Below, one piece after another: positions 12,241 through 23,353 of a stretch of DNA of 64,000 bases. Made by a program: the position numbers and the translations under genes. This DNA comes from Octopus sinensis. Lineage: Eukaryota. Location of the stretch: positions 18,414,001 to 18,478,000 of the forward strand of contig NC_043000.1 of NCBI RefSeq assembly GCF_006345805.1. Reading direction: 5' to 3'. Numbering within the stretch: the first letter of the stretch is position 1; each line of letters begins with the position of its first letter. The notes under the pieces were generated by a model that did not search any database, was not told the origin of the DNA, and saw nothing but the letters and a program-made list of their open reading frames with translations.

Positions 12241-12842
12241 AAATAAAATGTCATGCCTTCAATTGAATATTGATTTCTAATATCAACACACTGTTGCAAA
12301 TTTATAGAGGAAGTGGTAAAACTGATTAAAACAATCATTGATATTTATTTTATCGCCTCAAGATTGACTGAAAATGAAGTCAACTCTGCTGGGCCTGCCT
12401 CTAAAGAGGCAGATCTTAATATCAAATACTATTTAATCATCATCAACCCACTTCCCCCTCCCCCTCCTCCTCATCGTCATCGCTGTCATCATCATCACTA
12501 CCACTGTAACAGCCACAGCCACCACCACCACCACCACCACCACTGCCACTGCCACCACTGCTGCCACCACCACCGCCGCCGCCGCCACCACCACCACTAC
12601 TAACACCAACACCATGGGCTGCATATGGCCCTTTTCAAACATAGGGGCAGCCTGCAGAAGGTGTAGCTAGAGGTTTAAAAATAGGTAACCCCCAAAAATT
12701 CTTAATGAAAAAAAAAGTTAATAATTTTTTTTTTTTTATCCGCCTGAACGATTTCAGAAAATTTGGCAATTTGTCACAAGGATTATGTTGAACAGTCCAA
12801 CCCATGCCAGTACAAGAGATAGGCATTAAATGATGATGATGG

Positions 12843-12889
<47 letters not shown>

Positions 12890-13246
12890 TAACTCAACCC
12901 TTGACAACTTTAATTTAAACTTGGAGGGTTTTACATTTACTTGGTGGTGGTTGTGGTTGTATTGACATTAACTTTTAATTAGACACAGATGGTGGAGAGC
13001 CAGAATTAATAACACTCTGACAAAATACCATTTGACAATAAGACATCTTTTTCTAAGTTAGACCAACCAGAGTCAATTTCACTTTCAATCAATCTTGAGT
13101 TGATAAAATAAGTTCCAATAATACATTGTGCATTGTTTTAATTAGCTATACTCCTTTAGTCCATCCTCTATAAATTTGTGACCGAGTGCTGATACTGGAA
13201 TTCGATATTCAATCAAACACAAACCGAAAAGATCCAAAAACCGAAA

Positions 13247-14023
13247 AGCTGGCATAAACATTAGCACGCCGGGCGAAATGCGTAGCCGTATTTCGTCTGC
13301 CATTACGTTCTGAGTTCAAATTCCGCCGAGGTCGACTTTGCCTTTCATCCTTTCGGGGTCGATAAATTAAATACCAGTTACGCACTGGGATCGATCTAAT
13401 CGACTTAATCCGTTTGTCTGTCCTTGTTTGTCCCCTCTGTGTTTAGCCCCTTATGGGAAGTAAAGAAATAGGCATTTCGTCTGCTGTTACGTTCTGAGTT
13501 CAAATTCCACCGAGGTCGACTTTGCCTTTCATCCTTTCGGGGTCGATAAATTAAATACCAGTTACGCACTGGGATCGATCTAATCGATTTAATCCGTTTG
13601 TCTGTCCTTGTTTGTCCCCTCTGTGTTTAGCCCCTTATGGGAAGTAAAGAAATAGGTATTTCGTCTACTGTTACGTTCTGAGTTCAAATTCCACCGAGGT
13701 CGACTTTGCCTTTCATCCTTTCGGGGTCGATAAATTAAATACCAGTTACGCACTGGGATCGATCTAATCGACTTAATCCGTTTGTCTGTCCTTGTTTGTC
13801 CCCTCTGTGTTTAGCCCCTTATGGGAAGTAAAGAAATAGGTATTTCGTCTACTGTTACGTTCTGAGTTCAAATTCCACCGAGGTCGACTTTGCCTTTCAT
13901 CCTTTCGGGGTCGATAAATTAAATACCAGTTACGCACTGGGATCGATCTAATCGACTTAATCCGTTTGTCTGTCCTTGTTTGTCCCCTCTGTGTTTAGCT
14001 CCTTGTGGGTAGTAAAGAAATAG
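13247..14023 (+). mobile_element. SINE family 2 (OK/Meta-domain-like) tetramer: one head plus 4 x 184-bp bodies
   Basis: Head GCTGGCA...TTAGCACGCCGGGCGAAATG; units start at 13288, 13472, 13656 and 13840; B-box GAGTTCAAATTCC; central GCCTTTCATCCTTTCGGGGTCGATAAATTAA. Confidence 0.88.
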
Positions 14024-14729
14024 ATTTCTTATTTGAGCTTGAGAAAGAGGGAAAAAAATTACTACAAATTTCTCCATAACAGCTGATAACTCATCATAGG
14101 CATTGCTTTATGTTTAAGAAGTTTATTTCAAGATACAGGCATGGATGTGTGGTTAAGAAATTTGCTTTCAAACTACATGATTTCAGGTTCTGCTCCACTT
14201 CATGGTAACTTGGATAAAGTATGTTCCATTACAGGCATGCCATGCTGTTGAGTCGCAATGGGCCGCATTGCTCACATACTTGTTACCATGTATTATGCTT
14301 TAACTTCTCAATGCCTAGTGTAAATCTGCCTTCTTCTCTAGTATACTCTCCCTCAAACGAGAGGGCTTTTTAGTCTTGTGAGTAACCTGGCAGCCTCACC
14401 AGCATTGGTGCCGTCGTCATCATCATCATCCTCATCCTCATCATCATCATCATCCTCATCCTCATCATCATCATCATCATCATCATTTAACGTCCATTGT
14501 CCATGCTGGCATGGGTTGGATGGTTTGACCAGAGCTGGCAAGCTGGGGAGCTGCACCAGACTCCAGTCTGATTTAGGATAATTTTTACGGCTGGATGCCC
14601 TTCCTAATGCCAACCAGTTTACATAGTGTGCTAGGTATCCAATACACTATGTAAAGTGGTTGGCATTAGAAGGACATCCTACCATAGAAAGCATGCTATG
14701 TAATAGAAAGATACATTTCTATAAATTTT

Positions 14730-15152
14730 GGATCTTTTCAGTTTGAACAGCAGTTTTTAACATAATTTCTAGGTACCTAAAAAATTTTTAACTTCGTATA
14801 CTGATAGAATGTGTTTATAAAACATCTTTTTCTCTTGGCTTTATTGAGAAAATTCTATAGTTTGTAAGATATTTGTTGTTTTTTTTTTTCTTCAATTTCT
14901 GCAATTTCAACCAATCAATGACGTCTATTAAGTTAAAAAGCATTCTGTGCCGTATGAATATGTCCCTCGTTTAAGAAACATTGGATTTATTTACATTTGT
15001 GAAGAAAAAAAGATACCCTTTCCCCACCCCTAACCCTAACCCTAACTCTAAAAGAGATTGAAATGCAATAGATCGATTCTAGTGTCATAATTATGGGTGA
15101 CAATTTCATATGACACCGCTAGAAAAAACTGCCGTTCAAACCGAAAAGATCC
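14730..15152. mobile_element. MITE with GGATCTTTTCGGTTTGAACGGCAG TIRs (Merlin-like)
   Basis: 8-bp TSD TAAATTTT at 14722-14729 and 15153-15160, GG...CC termini, internal (CCCTAA)3; copies at 47428-47761 and, truncated, 52363-52690. Confidence 0.8.
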
Positions 15153-15411
15153 TAAATTTTCAGTCATTACATCTACATAACAACACACTATTAAAAGCCG
15201 ATGAATGTCCTTGGTTTTATACTTTGTACAGTGAAAAAGTATACAATGAACAGAATATAGGTTGTGGGGTGGAGCAGAGGAATAGACATAAAAGTTGCCT
15301 TCAGTGTAATTGTTAATTTTTCTCTAAACATAAAATAGTTACTGTGAATATCAAATTACTTTATATGTCACAGTTTATATACATATTCATTTAATGATTG
15401 TTTTTCCATAG

Positions 15412-16357
15412 CAGGAGAAACATGATTTATATCTGGATTCTCTTCTTGTGGTTAGTTAACCCTTAATTGTTTTTGAGCTAAGGGACTCTTTTTTTATTTC
15501 ACAGGTCCTTGATAACAACAAGAAATATAAATATCAGCACGTTTTCTTTTTACCAGCAGTGACAAGCTGTTGAATATCAACCTTTATACACATTCATGCA
15601 TGCACATAGAGGGGACAAACAAGGACAGACAAAGGTATTAAGTCAATTACATCAACCCCAGTGCGTAACTGGTACTTAATTTATCGACCCTGAAAGGATG
15701 AAAGGCAAAGATGGCCTTGGCAGGATTTGAACTCAGAACGTAGCGGCAGACGAAATACCTATTCCTTTACTATCCACAAGGGGCTAAACATAGAGGGGAC
15801 AAACAAGGACAGACAAAGGTATTAAGTCAATTACATCAACCCCAGTGCGTAACTGGTACTTAATTTATCGACCCTGAAAGGATGAAAGGCAAAGATGGCC
15901 TTGGCAGAATTTGAACTCAGAACGTAGCGGCAGACGAAATACCTATTTCTTTACTATCCACAAGGGGCTAAACATAGAGGAGACAAACAAGGACAGACAA
16001 AGGTATTAAGTCAATTACATCGACCCCAGTGCGTAACTGGTACTTAATTTATTGACCCTGAAAGGATGAAAGGCAAAGATGGCCTTGGCAGAATTTGAAC
16101 TCAGAACGTAACGGCAGACGAAATACCACTAAGCATTTCGCCCGGCATGCTAACGTTTCTGCCAGCTAGCGCTGCCTTTTATGTATATTTCTATGTACAA
16201 TACACATATTTGTGTGTGTGTATGTGGGGTGTGTGTGTGTGTCTGTGTATTTACATGGTATTATATATACAGCGTTGCGTGTGCTTCAGCTGTTAAATCT
16301 CTCACAACATGATGAGAACTCATATCTGCCAAATTCCCCTGCTGATGAAGGAAGCAG
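15412..16357 (+). other. Candidate exons of an unidentified gene (15412-15450, 15505-15558, 16290-16357)
   Basis: AG/GT-bounded, phase-compatible open segments QEKHDLYLDSLLV / VLDNNKKYKYQHVFFLPA / LLNLSQHDENSYLPNSPADEGS; no protein recognised; one intron is only 54 nt. Confidence 0.22.
15605..16170 (-). mobile_element. SINE family 2 trimer
   Basis: 184-bp period, GAAATAC|CTATT junctions at about 15758 and 15942, head at about 16120-16170. Confidence 0.85.
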
Positions 16358-17024
16358 GTATATGGATGCATAGACACATTCCATTTACTGATTGTGAACA
16401 TTACAACTATTATGTAATTCCGAGCTTCCAGAAACAGCTGTTGAGTTTAAAATCTATGCATTCTCCACTTACTTTTCTTTATCTTTTACACTCTATGTAA
16501 AAGTAACTTTATTTGTTAATATACGTAAATATTTATATGGTTCCACATATGTGTTTATCTTCTGAAGATATTTAGTTTTTACATCTATATATATATTCCT
16601 ATATATATTTATATATGTATATATGTGTATCTATATCTATATATGCCAAGCCTGATTGTGTTTCTGTATCACTATGTATATATATGTGTGTGTGTGTGTG
16701 TGTACAAATATACATAACATATATATATATATATGTTTACACACACACACAGAAGGTGGAAAGCCAGAAAAACATTTCATATTTCTTTACATTGTGAGTT
16801 CAAGTTCTACCGAGGTTGTCCTGACCTTTTATCCCTTCAGGGTCTATAAAATAAGTGCTAATTGAATACTTGGGTTGATGTAATTGACTTACCCCCTCCC
16901 CAGATTTGCTGGTCTTATGCAGCAATTTGGTGCAAACTTAACAGACCTAATATTTTTCTGTGGGATACAGAACAAAAGTAATGCATTGCTGTAGAGGTCA
17001 GCTGCCCTGCAGTTGTGAAGGTAC

Positions 17025-17241
17025 TCTCTCTTTACTTGCTTCAGTCATTTGACTCTGGCCATGCTGGAGCACCACCTTTAGTCGAGCAAATTGACCCCAA
17101 GACTTATTCTTTGTAAGCCGAGTACTTATTCTATCGGTCTCTTTTGCCGAACCGCTAAGTTACAGGGATGTAAACACACCAGCATCGGTCGTCAAGCGAT
17201 GTTGGGGAGACAAACACAAACACACAAACATATACACACAC

Positions 17242-17274
<33 letters not shown>

Positions 17275-17438
17275 CGATGGGCTTCTTTCAGTTTCCGTCT
17301 ACCAAATCCACTCACAAGGCTTTGGTCAGCCCGAGGCTATAGTAGAAGACACTTGCCCAAGGTGCCACGCAGTGGGACTGAACCCAGAACCATGTGGTTC
17401 ATAAGCAAGCTACTTACCACACAACTACTCCTACGCCT
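17025..17438 (-). mobile_element. SINE family 1, full length
   Basis: Reverse complement of the 10857-11277 type. Confidence 0.85.
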
Positions 17439-17454
17439 ACCATCAAAATTCCGG

Positions 17455-17695
17455 GTAAAAGAGAACATTTATGGTAGATTAATGTGGAACTTACAGTTCT
17501 TGTATTCTGACTATAAATCTGTACCTGTCATCAAAGGTGTATTAAGCAATGTACCTACAAATTTGCACAAAAACCTAGAAATACTACTTTCGTTTTTTAA
17601 GATAGAGCAAAAGAAACTGACACAAATTCTCCACATCCAGTCTATTAGTGGTACTATGAAGAATTGTAAGACATTCCAAAGATTCTCCATTTGAG
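17455..17695 (+). mobile_element. LINE remnant, C-terminus of an RLE-type (R4/Dong-like) ORF
   Basis: KENIYGRLMWNLQFLY...VPVIKGVLSNVP...SISGTMKNCKTFQRF resembles the recalled KxxxYxxL...IPIIVGALG...GTxKxxKTF end. Confidence 0.5.
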
Positions 17696-18144
17696 ATTCA
17701 TTAGATGAATAGATGTGCATGCTTGAGTGTGTACATCAATGCCTCAACCAACACACCCAACTCAACCACATATTCACCAACAGTGGGAACTCTCTTAACT
17801 CAAAAAGTCTTGTCGCTTGGTTTGAGACAGCTTGAACTCTTTTAAGAACTAAAATAGAACACATACATACATAAACATGCGCACATACATATACATAAAT
17901 ATGTACATATACTTATATAAATATGTACATGTACATACATACGTACATACATACACATACATACATTAACATACATGCATATATTTACATATTCGAAAAC
18001 ACACATACACACACACTCGTGCATAAGTCACGCCATAGTTTTTCAGTTCAAATCAAGTATAAAATAGTGAGACTTATACGTGAATAAATACAGTATATAC
18101 ATATGCATGCGTGTGTGTGTCTGAGTGATATATACATATATATA

Positions 18145-18918
18145 CTAGCAGCATAGCCCGGCGTTGCCCGGGTATGTAAGAGCCCCTAGTAGGCAACGAC
18201 TAATCCCAATCTAGTCCTTTCCCTCTAGGGAACGAAGGCGCATGTGTAGGTTGCAATGTCTTCTCTTCACTCCCAAATAACTATCAAACAGCTATCGATA
18301 ATTCAACCCAACCAATTCCTACCAGGAAGAAATTACATTTGAGACTTTACCCCCACTTCTGCTAATAGCTGCTGCAGCCGCAAGTTATTCAAATACTTTT
18401 TTTGTTTACACTTTCTTTATAACTACCACCCCAAACGTTTTACCTTAAATTTTTGATGTACCCTAAGGGTCCTCGGACGCTACTTGCAAACTCTTGGTTT
18501 ATTATAAACCGCTTTTGTCGTGTGCATCAAAAAACCTTTTCCATTCGTTTGTTCAGTTTGGTCACTTTTGACTTTTTCGTTGTTGTCACTCACATTGCTG
18601 CCCGCTTTTTTGCCGTTTTTGTACATTTTTATACATTTTGGGATACTTACCCCACGTGTTCCGAGAGTTAAAAAGGTCGAGTTGCGTCCCCTAGACAGTC
18701 TGTAGAAAATGTGTTGCAAATAAAAAGCTTAGATTCTCAACCCATGTCGAATTTATCGAATTTTTTTTCAGAACTGGGGAAACTTTTCAAAATTTTCGCT
18801 GCGTTAGTTTTGAATTATGACATAGGGCTACGTGTGTGTCAAGTTTCATCAGAATCGGTTGAAAGCCGTGATCAGGGTGAGGGTACAACCTGACAGACAC
18901 ACAGACAGACAAACTGCC

Positions 18919-18925
<7 letters not shown>
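18145..18925 (-). mobile_element. Helitron family A with a substituted internal segment (about 18275-18660)
   Basis: Same termini as 1467-2307, with unrelated internal DNA. Confidence 0.78.
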
Positions 18926-18966
<41 letters not shown>

Positions 18967-19341
18967 TCAGTGGCAGTGACTATCCGTCGTAGGTCAATGT
19001 TGACTGTTTTGTTCAGAGCTCTCTGAACACAATGCTTTTGGATGGTGAGAAAGACAGTTGGCGTTGTCCCTCTACCAGACTGCCTCTCTGGGCCTTTACG
19101 CCAGGTACCAAGTGGGGATAGAAGAGGTCAAGAAGCATGGTCAACGTTGAGGCTGCTCGGCATAAGCAGCTCACTTGTTAGTTGACGTTTAACTGCTACC
19201 TTTAAGCGATTAGACAAGGCTCCTCTGCCTTGTTAGCTATCCAACGTTCTGCTCCAGATGTCTTCACCATATCCCTGGTACGAGAGGCGAAGGAGTTGCT
19301 AGCACTTGCCCAGGGTGCCACCCCAGTCTACGTATATAGGG

Positions 19342-19547
19342 TGTTATGTGTAGTTTGGGTTCTAATAGGATAGACAACCAAATGAAAGCCATTGTTATTG
19401 TTACTTGTTTATTTACTATTCATGTTGCACGGACTCGACTTTCGGCGTAGTAATACATAATATACTTTACACAGTTTGTACTGTTCACTAACAAAATAGT
19501 GCCAAGAGTGGGGATGCACGTATACACATAGATATGAATGTGTAACA
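19342..19547 (+). mobile_element. Short solo LTR (TRIM-sized, 206 bp)
   Basis: TGTTA...TAACA ends, 5-bp TSD TAGGG; strand uncertain. Confidence 0.78.
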
Positions 19548-19619
19548 TAGGGGACAACTTATATACGTATATATAAGGGACAACTTATATATATGTGGGT
19601 ATATATGTCCAAATATACA

Positions 19620-20177
19620 TGTAGGAGTCAAGAAAGCCATTGGTGTTATGGAATAGCACAGTCATGATATAGCAACTTCAACCAATCAGAGCTGGGTGAA
19701 TAGGAATACCAAAGAGCAGTTATCCGCCCTGTTAGCTGGCGTCCGATTTTTCGACAATCAGCGGATGGACTCTACACAGACCACATCGTTTCTCTAAGAT
19801 GGAACTTGCCGGTTTGCATTTCTTAACACCTAAGCACCGCAAGCTTCTGAATCAAATTAAGCTCTCAACGCTGACCACATCATTAGACATCCTATTACGT
19901 TTTTGTCAACTTCGCCTTGCGAGTACCCTTTCATTTAATCTTTATCTACACAAGGCTGCCCTTAGCATGAGTGGTTTATTTCCATCACAGCTAGCTTTTT
20001 ACGGCTGACAACTAAATCATTTGTTCAATCGTATGTTTTATCGCTTTCCTCTGACTCCTACATATACGCCCACTTCGCTGATCACTTGTCAGCTCTCATT
20101 ACTATTCAAATAAAGTTTCGTTTACAATCATGCCTTCTGATATTCATTTATACGTGCTCCTCAAAAGCACATTTACA
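19620..20177 (+). mobile_element. Probable LTR (family B)
   Basis: TGTAG start, AATAAA near 20110, TTTACA end followed by TTGG; 3' half homologous to 22445-22989. Confidence 0.55.
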
Positions 20178-20198
20178 TTGGTTATATTGTATATTGTA

Positions 20199-20711
20199 CT
20201 AACAGTATCGCCCGGCGTTGCTCGGGTTTGTAAGGGAAATAACTATATAAGCATTTTTAGAGAGTTACTTCCCTTATAGATGCCAATTCGGGCTTTCTTA
20301 GCCATTTCTGTTTTGGTGTCTTCAAGCCATGAAGTCGTTGTTCTAAAAGAACGCTGGTCTCCTTGACAACGCTTTACGACGTTGATTTCCTTACACTCCC
20401 TTCCCCACAGCTTCACGAGGGAGGGAAGAAGGGGGAGAAGCAAACAGGTGCAGGTGTGACCATGGATGCCAACTCCGCCGCCATCGACACACGAAAATTT
20501 ATGCATTAAAATGGAATAAAAAATGATGTTAAATTATTTTTAAAATCGTAGACTCATCGTAGACGCGCGCTAATACTCAGACGGGCTCGATATGAATCAC
20601 GACTATAAGATACCCGAATTTGGTTAAACTGCACCGCAAAATGTGGGAGTAGTTAGGAATCTAAATCGAAGGGGACAGACACTCACACAACTACAGTTTT
20701 ATATATATAGA
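20199..20711 (-). mobile_element. Helitron family B with an internal foreign segment (about 20280-20500)
   Basis: 3' hairpin and CTAG-like end, TATATATAGA 5' end; the rest matches 29590-29997. Confidence 0.75.
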
Positions 20712-20714
20712 TAT

Positions 20715-20946
20715 ATATTTCTTTACTACCCACAAGGGGCTAAACACAGAGGGGACAAACAAGGACAGACAAACGGATTAAGTCGATTACATCGACCCCA
20801 GTGTGTAACTGGTACTTAATTTATCAACCCCGAAAGGATGAAAGGCAAAGTCAACCTCGGTGGAATTTGAACTCAGAACGTAACGGCAGACGAAATACGG
20901 CTACGCATTTCGCCTGACGTGCTAACGTTTCTGCCAGCTTGCCGCC
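20715..20946 (-). mobile_element. SINE family 2 monomer
   Basis: Full head plus body; a + strand variant follows at about 21035-21235. Confidence 0.85.
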
Positions 20947-21399
20947 TTTACATTTTACATTGTATATTTTCTTCGAGAAATATTTTTCAAAGAGAAAATA
21001 TCACTAGTTACATTCTTCACACGATAGCTTCAAGCGGCGAGCTAGCAGAAATTCTTAGCGGTATTTCGCCTGTATTTACGTTTTGAGTTCAAATTCCGCC
21101 GAGGTCGACTTAGCCTTTCATCCTTTCTAAGTCGATAAATTAAGTACCAGTTGCGTACTGGGGTCAATCTAATCGACTGGCGTCCTCCCCCAAAATTTCG
21201 AACCTTGTGCCTAGAGTAGAAAAGGATGTCTTCAGCCTTCCATTTAAACCACGTGGGTGCATTTTATTTCTAATATGGCTTCCCTTCTTGTTGACTTTTT
21301 GTTTTCCATCGTGAATTCATGGTGCATTACGCATGCACAGTCGTACTCAATGCGCATGTCTCACCCCGCTTCGGATTTTATTTTCCCGCTCGCCGCCAT

Positions 21400-22420
21400 T
21401 CGTCACATCATTTTAATTTGCATCGTCGTTTCATTCCTCACTGTGCTGGACTCCTGTCTCCACTCACCGAGCTTCTCTAGGACCGATGTATGAAGAATTA
21501 AACCATTTCGCTAACTCCTACTCAAACCAAAGCTTTCGACGCTTTGAAATACACCGTCTCTCTACAGCATCCTTCCTTGCATAACGTGGCTCCGACGCAA
21601 AGTTTTCGCTTGTAGTTAATGCATCAGACACTGCAATCGGTGCTGCTTTGCAGTCATTCATCAGCAACACTTGCAAACCTCTCACCTCCTCTGGACTCAA
21701 TCACGATATCTTCTCTCAAATCTGAGACATTCAAATTCCATACTTGCCTGTGCCAACCTCTGCAAATCCTATGTAACGTGTAGTGACGTCATCTTGAAAG
21801 TCTTCAGTATGCATGTGCGGGGCATGGAATCTTCTAGAAGGCCTGCGGAAGTTCCCTTATGCACATGCGCTAAAACTGGCGGGAAAAGTTCTATCGCGTT
21901 CCTTGCTTGCGTCTCTGACTCGAGGCGCAGCTGTTGAACACTGCAGACGTGTTTCAGTAGCAGTTTCGCCTATGCTCCTGTCCCAGACGCATGGGATTGA
22001 CCAGCTCTGTTTGTTACTGGAGTTTCTGTGAAGTTATTTTCACAAATGTCTAATTAACTCCAGATTTGCTGTTTATACATCAAACCGTGGTTGCTGACTG
22101 ACCAAACGTACCGATACGTTTTGTACATATACCCAAATAAAGAGTGTTATATTGTTCAGATGCTTTCCTGTTCCTTACATCAATATTTTTAGAAACAAAG
22201 AGGAAATTGTGTAGCACCCTATCAGTGCAAAACACACAAACTTGAAATCCTACGAACGTATCGACAGATTCGCCTCGTCCCTTCGGTAAAGCTCATTACG
22301 TCTAACTTCTTCTGGCCAACATGAGGCGTTGACATTACTGTCTGGCCTCGACTTTGCCTCCAATGCCCAACGTCGACGGTGCATACACTTATTCACGCAC
22401 CTCTCGGCACCTGCAGCACA
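21400..22420 (+). pseudogene. Decayed Gypsy pol (RT connection, RNase H, integrase zinc finger)
   Basis: FNLHRRFIPHCAGLLSPLTELL* at about 21412; LVVNASDTAIGAALQ at about 21610; FFWP.MRRDITVW.RLCLQCQR across frameshifts at about 22305-22380. Confidence 0.75.
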
Positions 22421-22735
22421 CAAGACGCATGTTTCCGTCACATCCACATTAATTTCGTTGGACCCTGTCATACGTTTTTGTCCACTTCACCTTGCGAGCA
22501 CCTTTTTAGTTAGTCTTTATCTACACAAAGCTACCTATAGCATGAGTGGTTTATTTCCATCTCAGCTAGCTTCGTCTCTGCTAGCTTTTTACGGCTTACA
22601 ACTAAACCATTTGTTCAATAGTAAGTTTTATCGCTTTCCTCTGACTCCTGCATCTACCCCCGCTTCACTCATACTATTCAAATAAAGTTATCATGTTTCG
22701 TTTACAAACATGCCTTCTGATATTCATTTACACGT

Positions 22736-22962
22736 TGTTATGTGTAGTCTGGGTTCTAATGGGATAGACAACCAATATGAAAGCCATGTTATTGTTTTAC
22801 GTGTTTATTTACTTTAGCATGATTCACGGACTCAACATTCAGCGTAGTGATACATAATTACTTTGGACAGTTCGTACTGTTCACTAACAAAATAGTGCCA
22901 AAAGTGGGGATGTATTCTATACAAGTGTGCCTACGTATACACATAGATATGAATGTGTAACA
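22736..22962 (+). mobile_element. Second short solo LTR (227 bp) nested in a family-B LTR
   Basis: TGTTA...TAACA, 5-bp TSD CACGT; the host sequence resumes in register after it. Confidence 0.8.
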
Positions 22963-23353
22963 CACGTGCTTCTCAAAACCAAATTTACACTGGTGAGTTT
23001 TTACATTACTTACATTTTACCCTACATATACATATATGTCTGCACGCACACACACACACACACATGCACGCATATATATAAGTATGTATGTATACATAAA
23101 TACGAGGGGAAATAAAAAATTATCCGCACTCTCACCATAACATATCTGTTTTTATATCACACTGGCTTCTGCGTATGCGTGCTCTCGTTGGTACTATTGT
23201 GGTCATGTGATCGAAGTTTTTCTTTCTGACTTTACAGTGTAAGCATGGCTGCTTCACTAGCAATGTGCACCAAAGAAGAGCAAAGAGCAGTGATCCGATT
23301 TCTTTGGTCGGAAGGTGTGTCAAGTGCTGAAATTCATCGGAGGCTTTTAGTAC

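Noticed and set aside
11464-12338. 260, 228 and 120 aa ORFs (F/L/S/P- or K/E/R-rich)
   Set aside because: Translations of a polypyrimidine tract; no splice or homology support
15028-15046. Telomere or telomere-healing site (CCCTAA)3
   Set aside because: Internal to a MITE and repeated in its other copies
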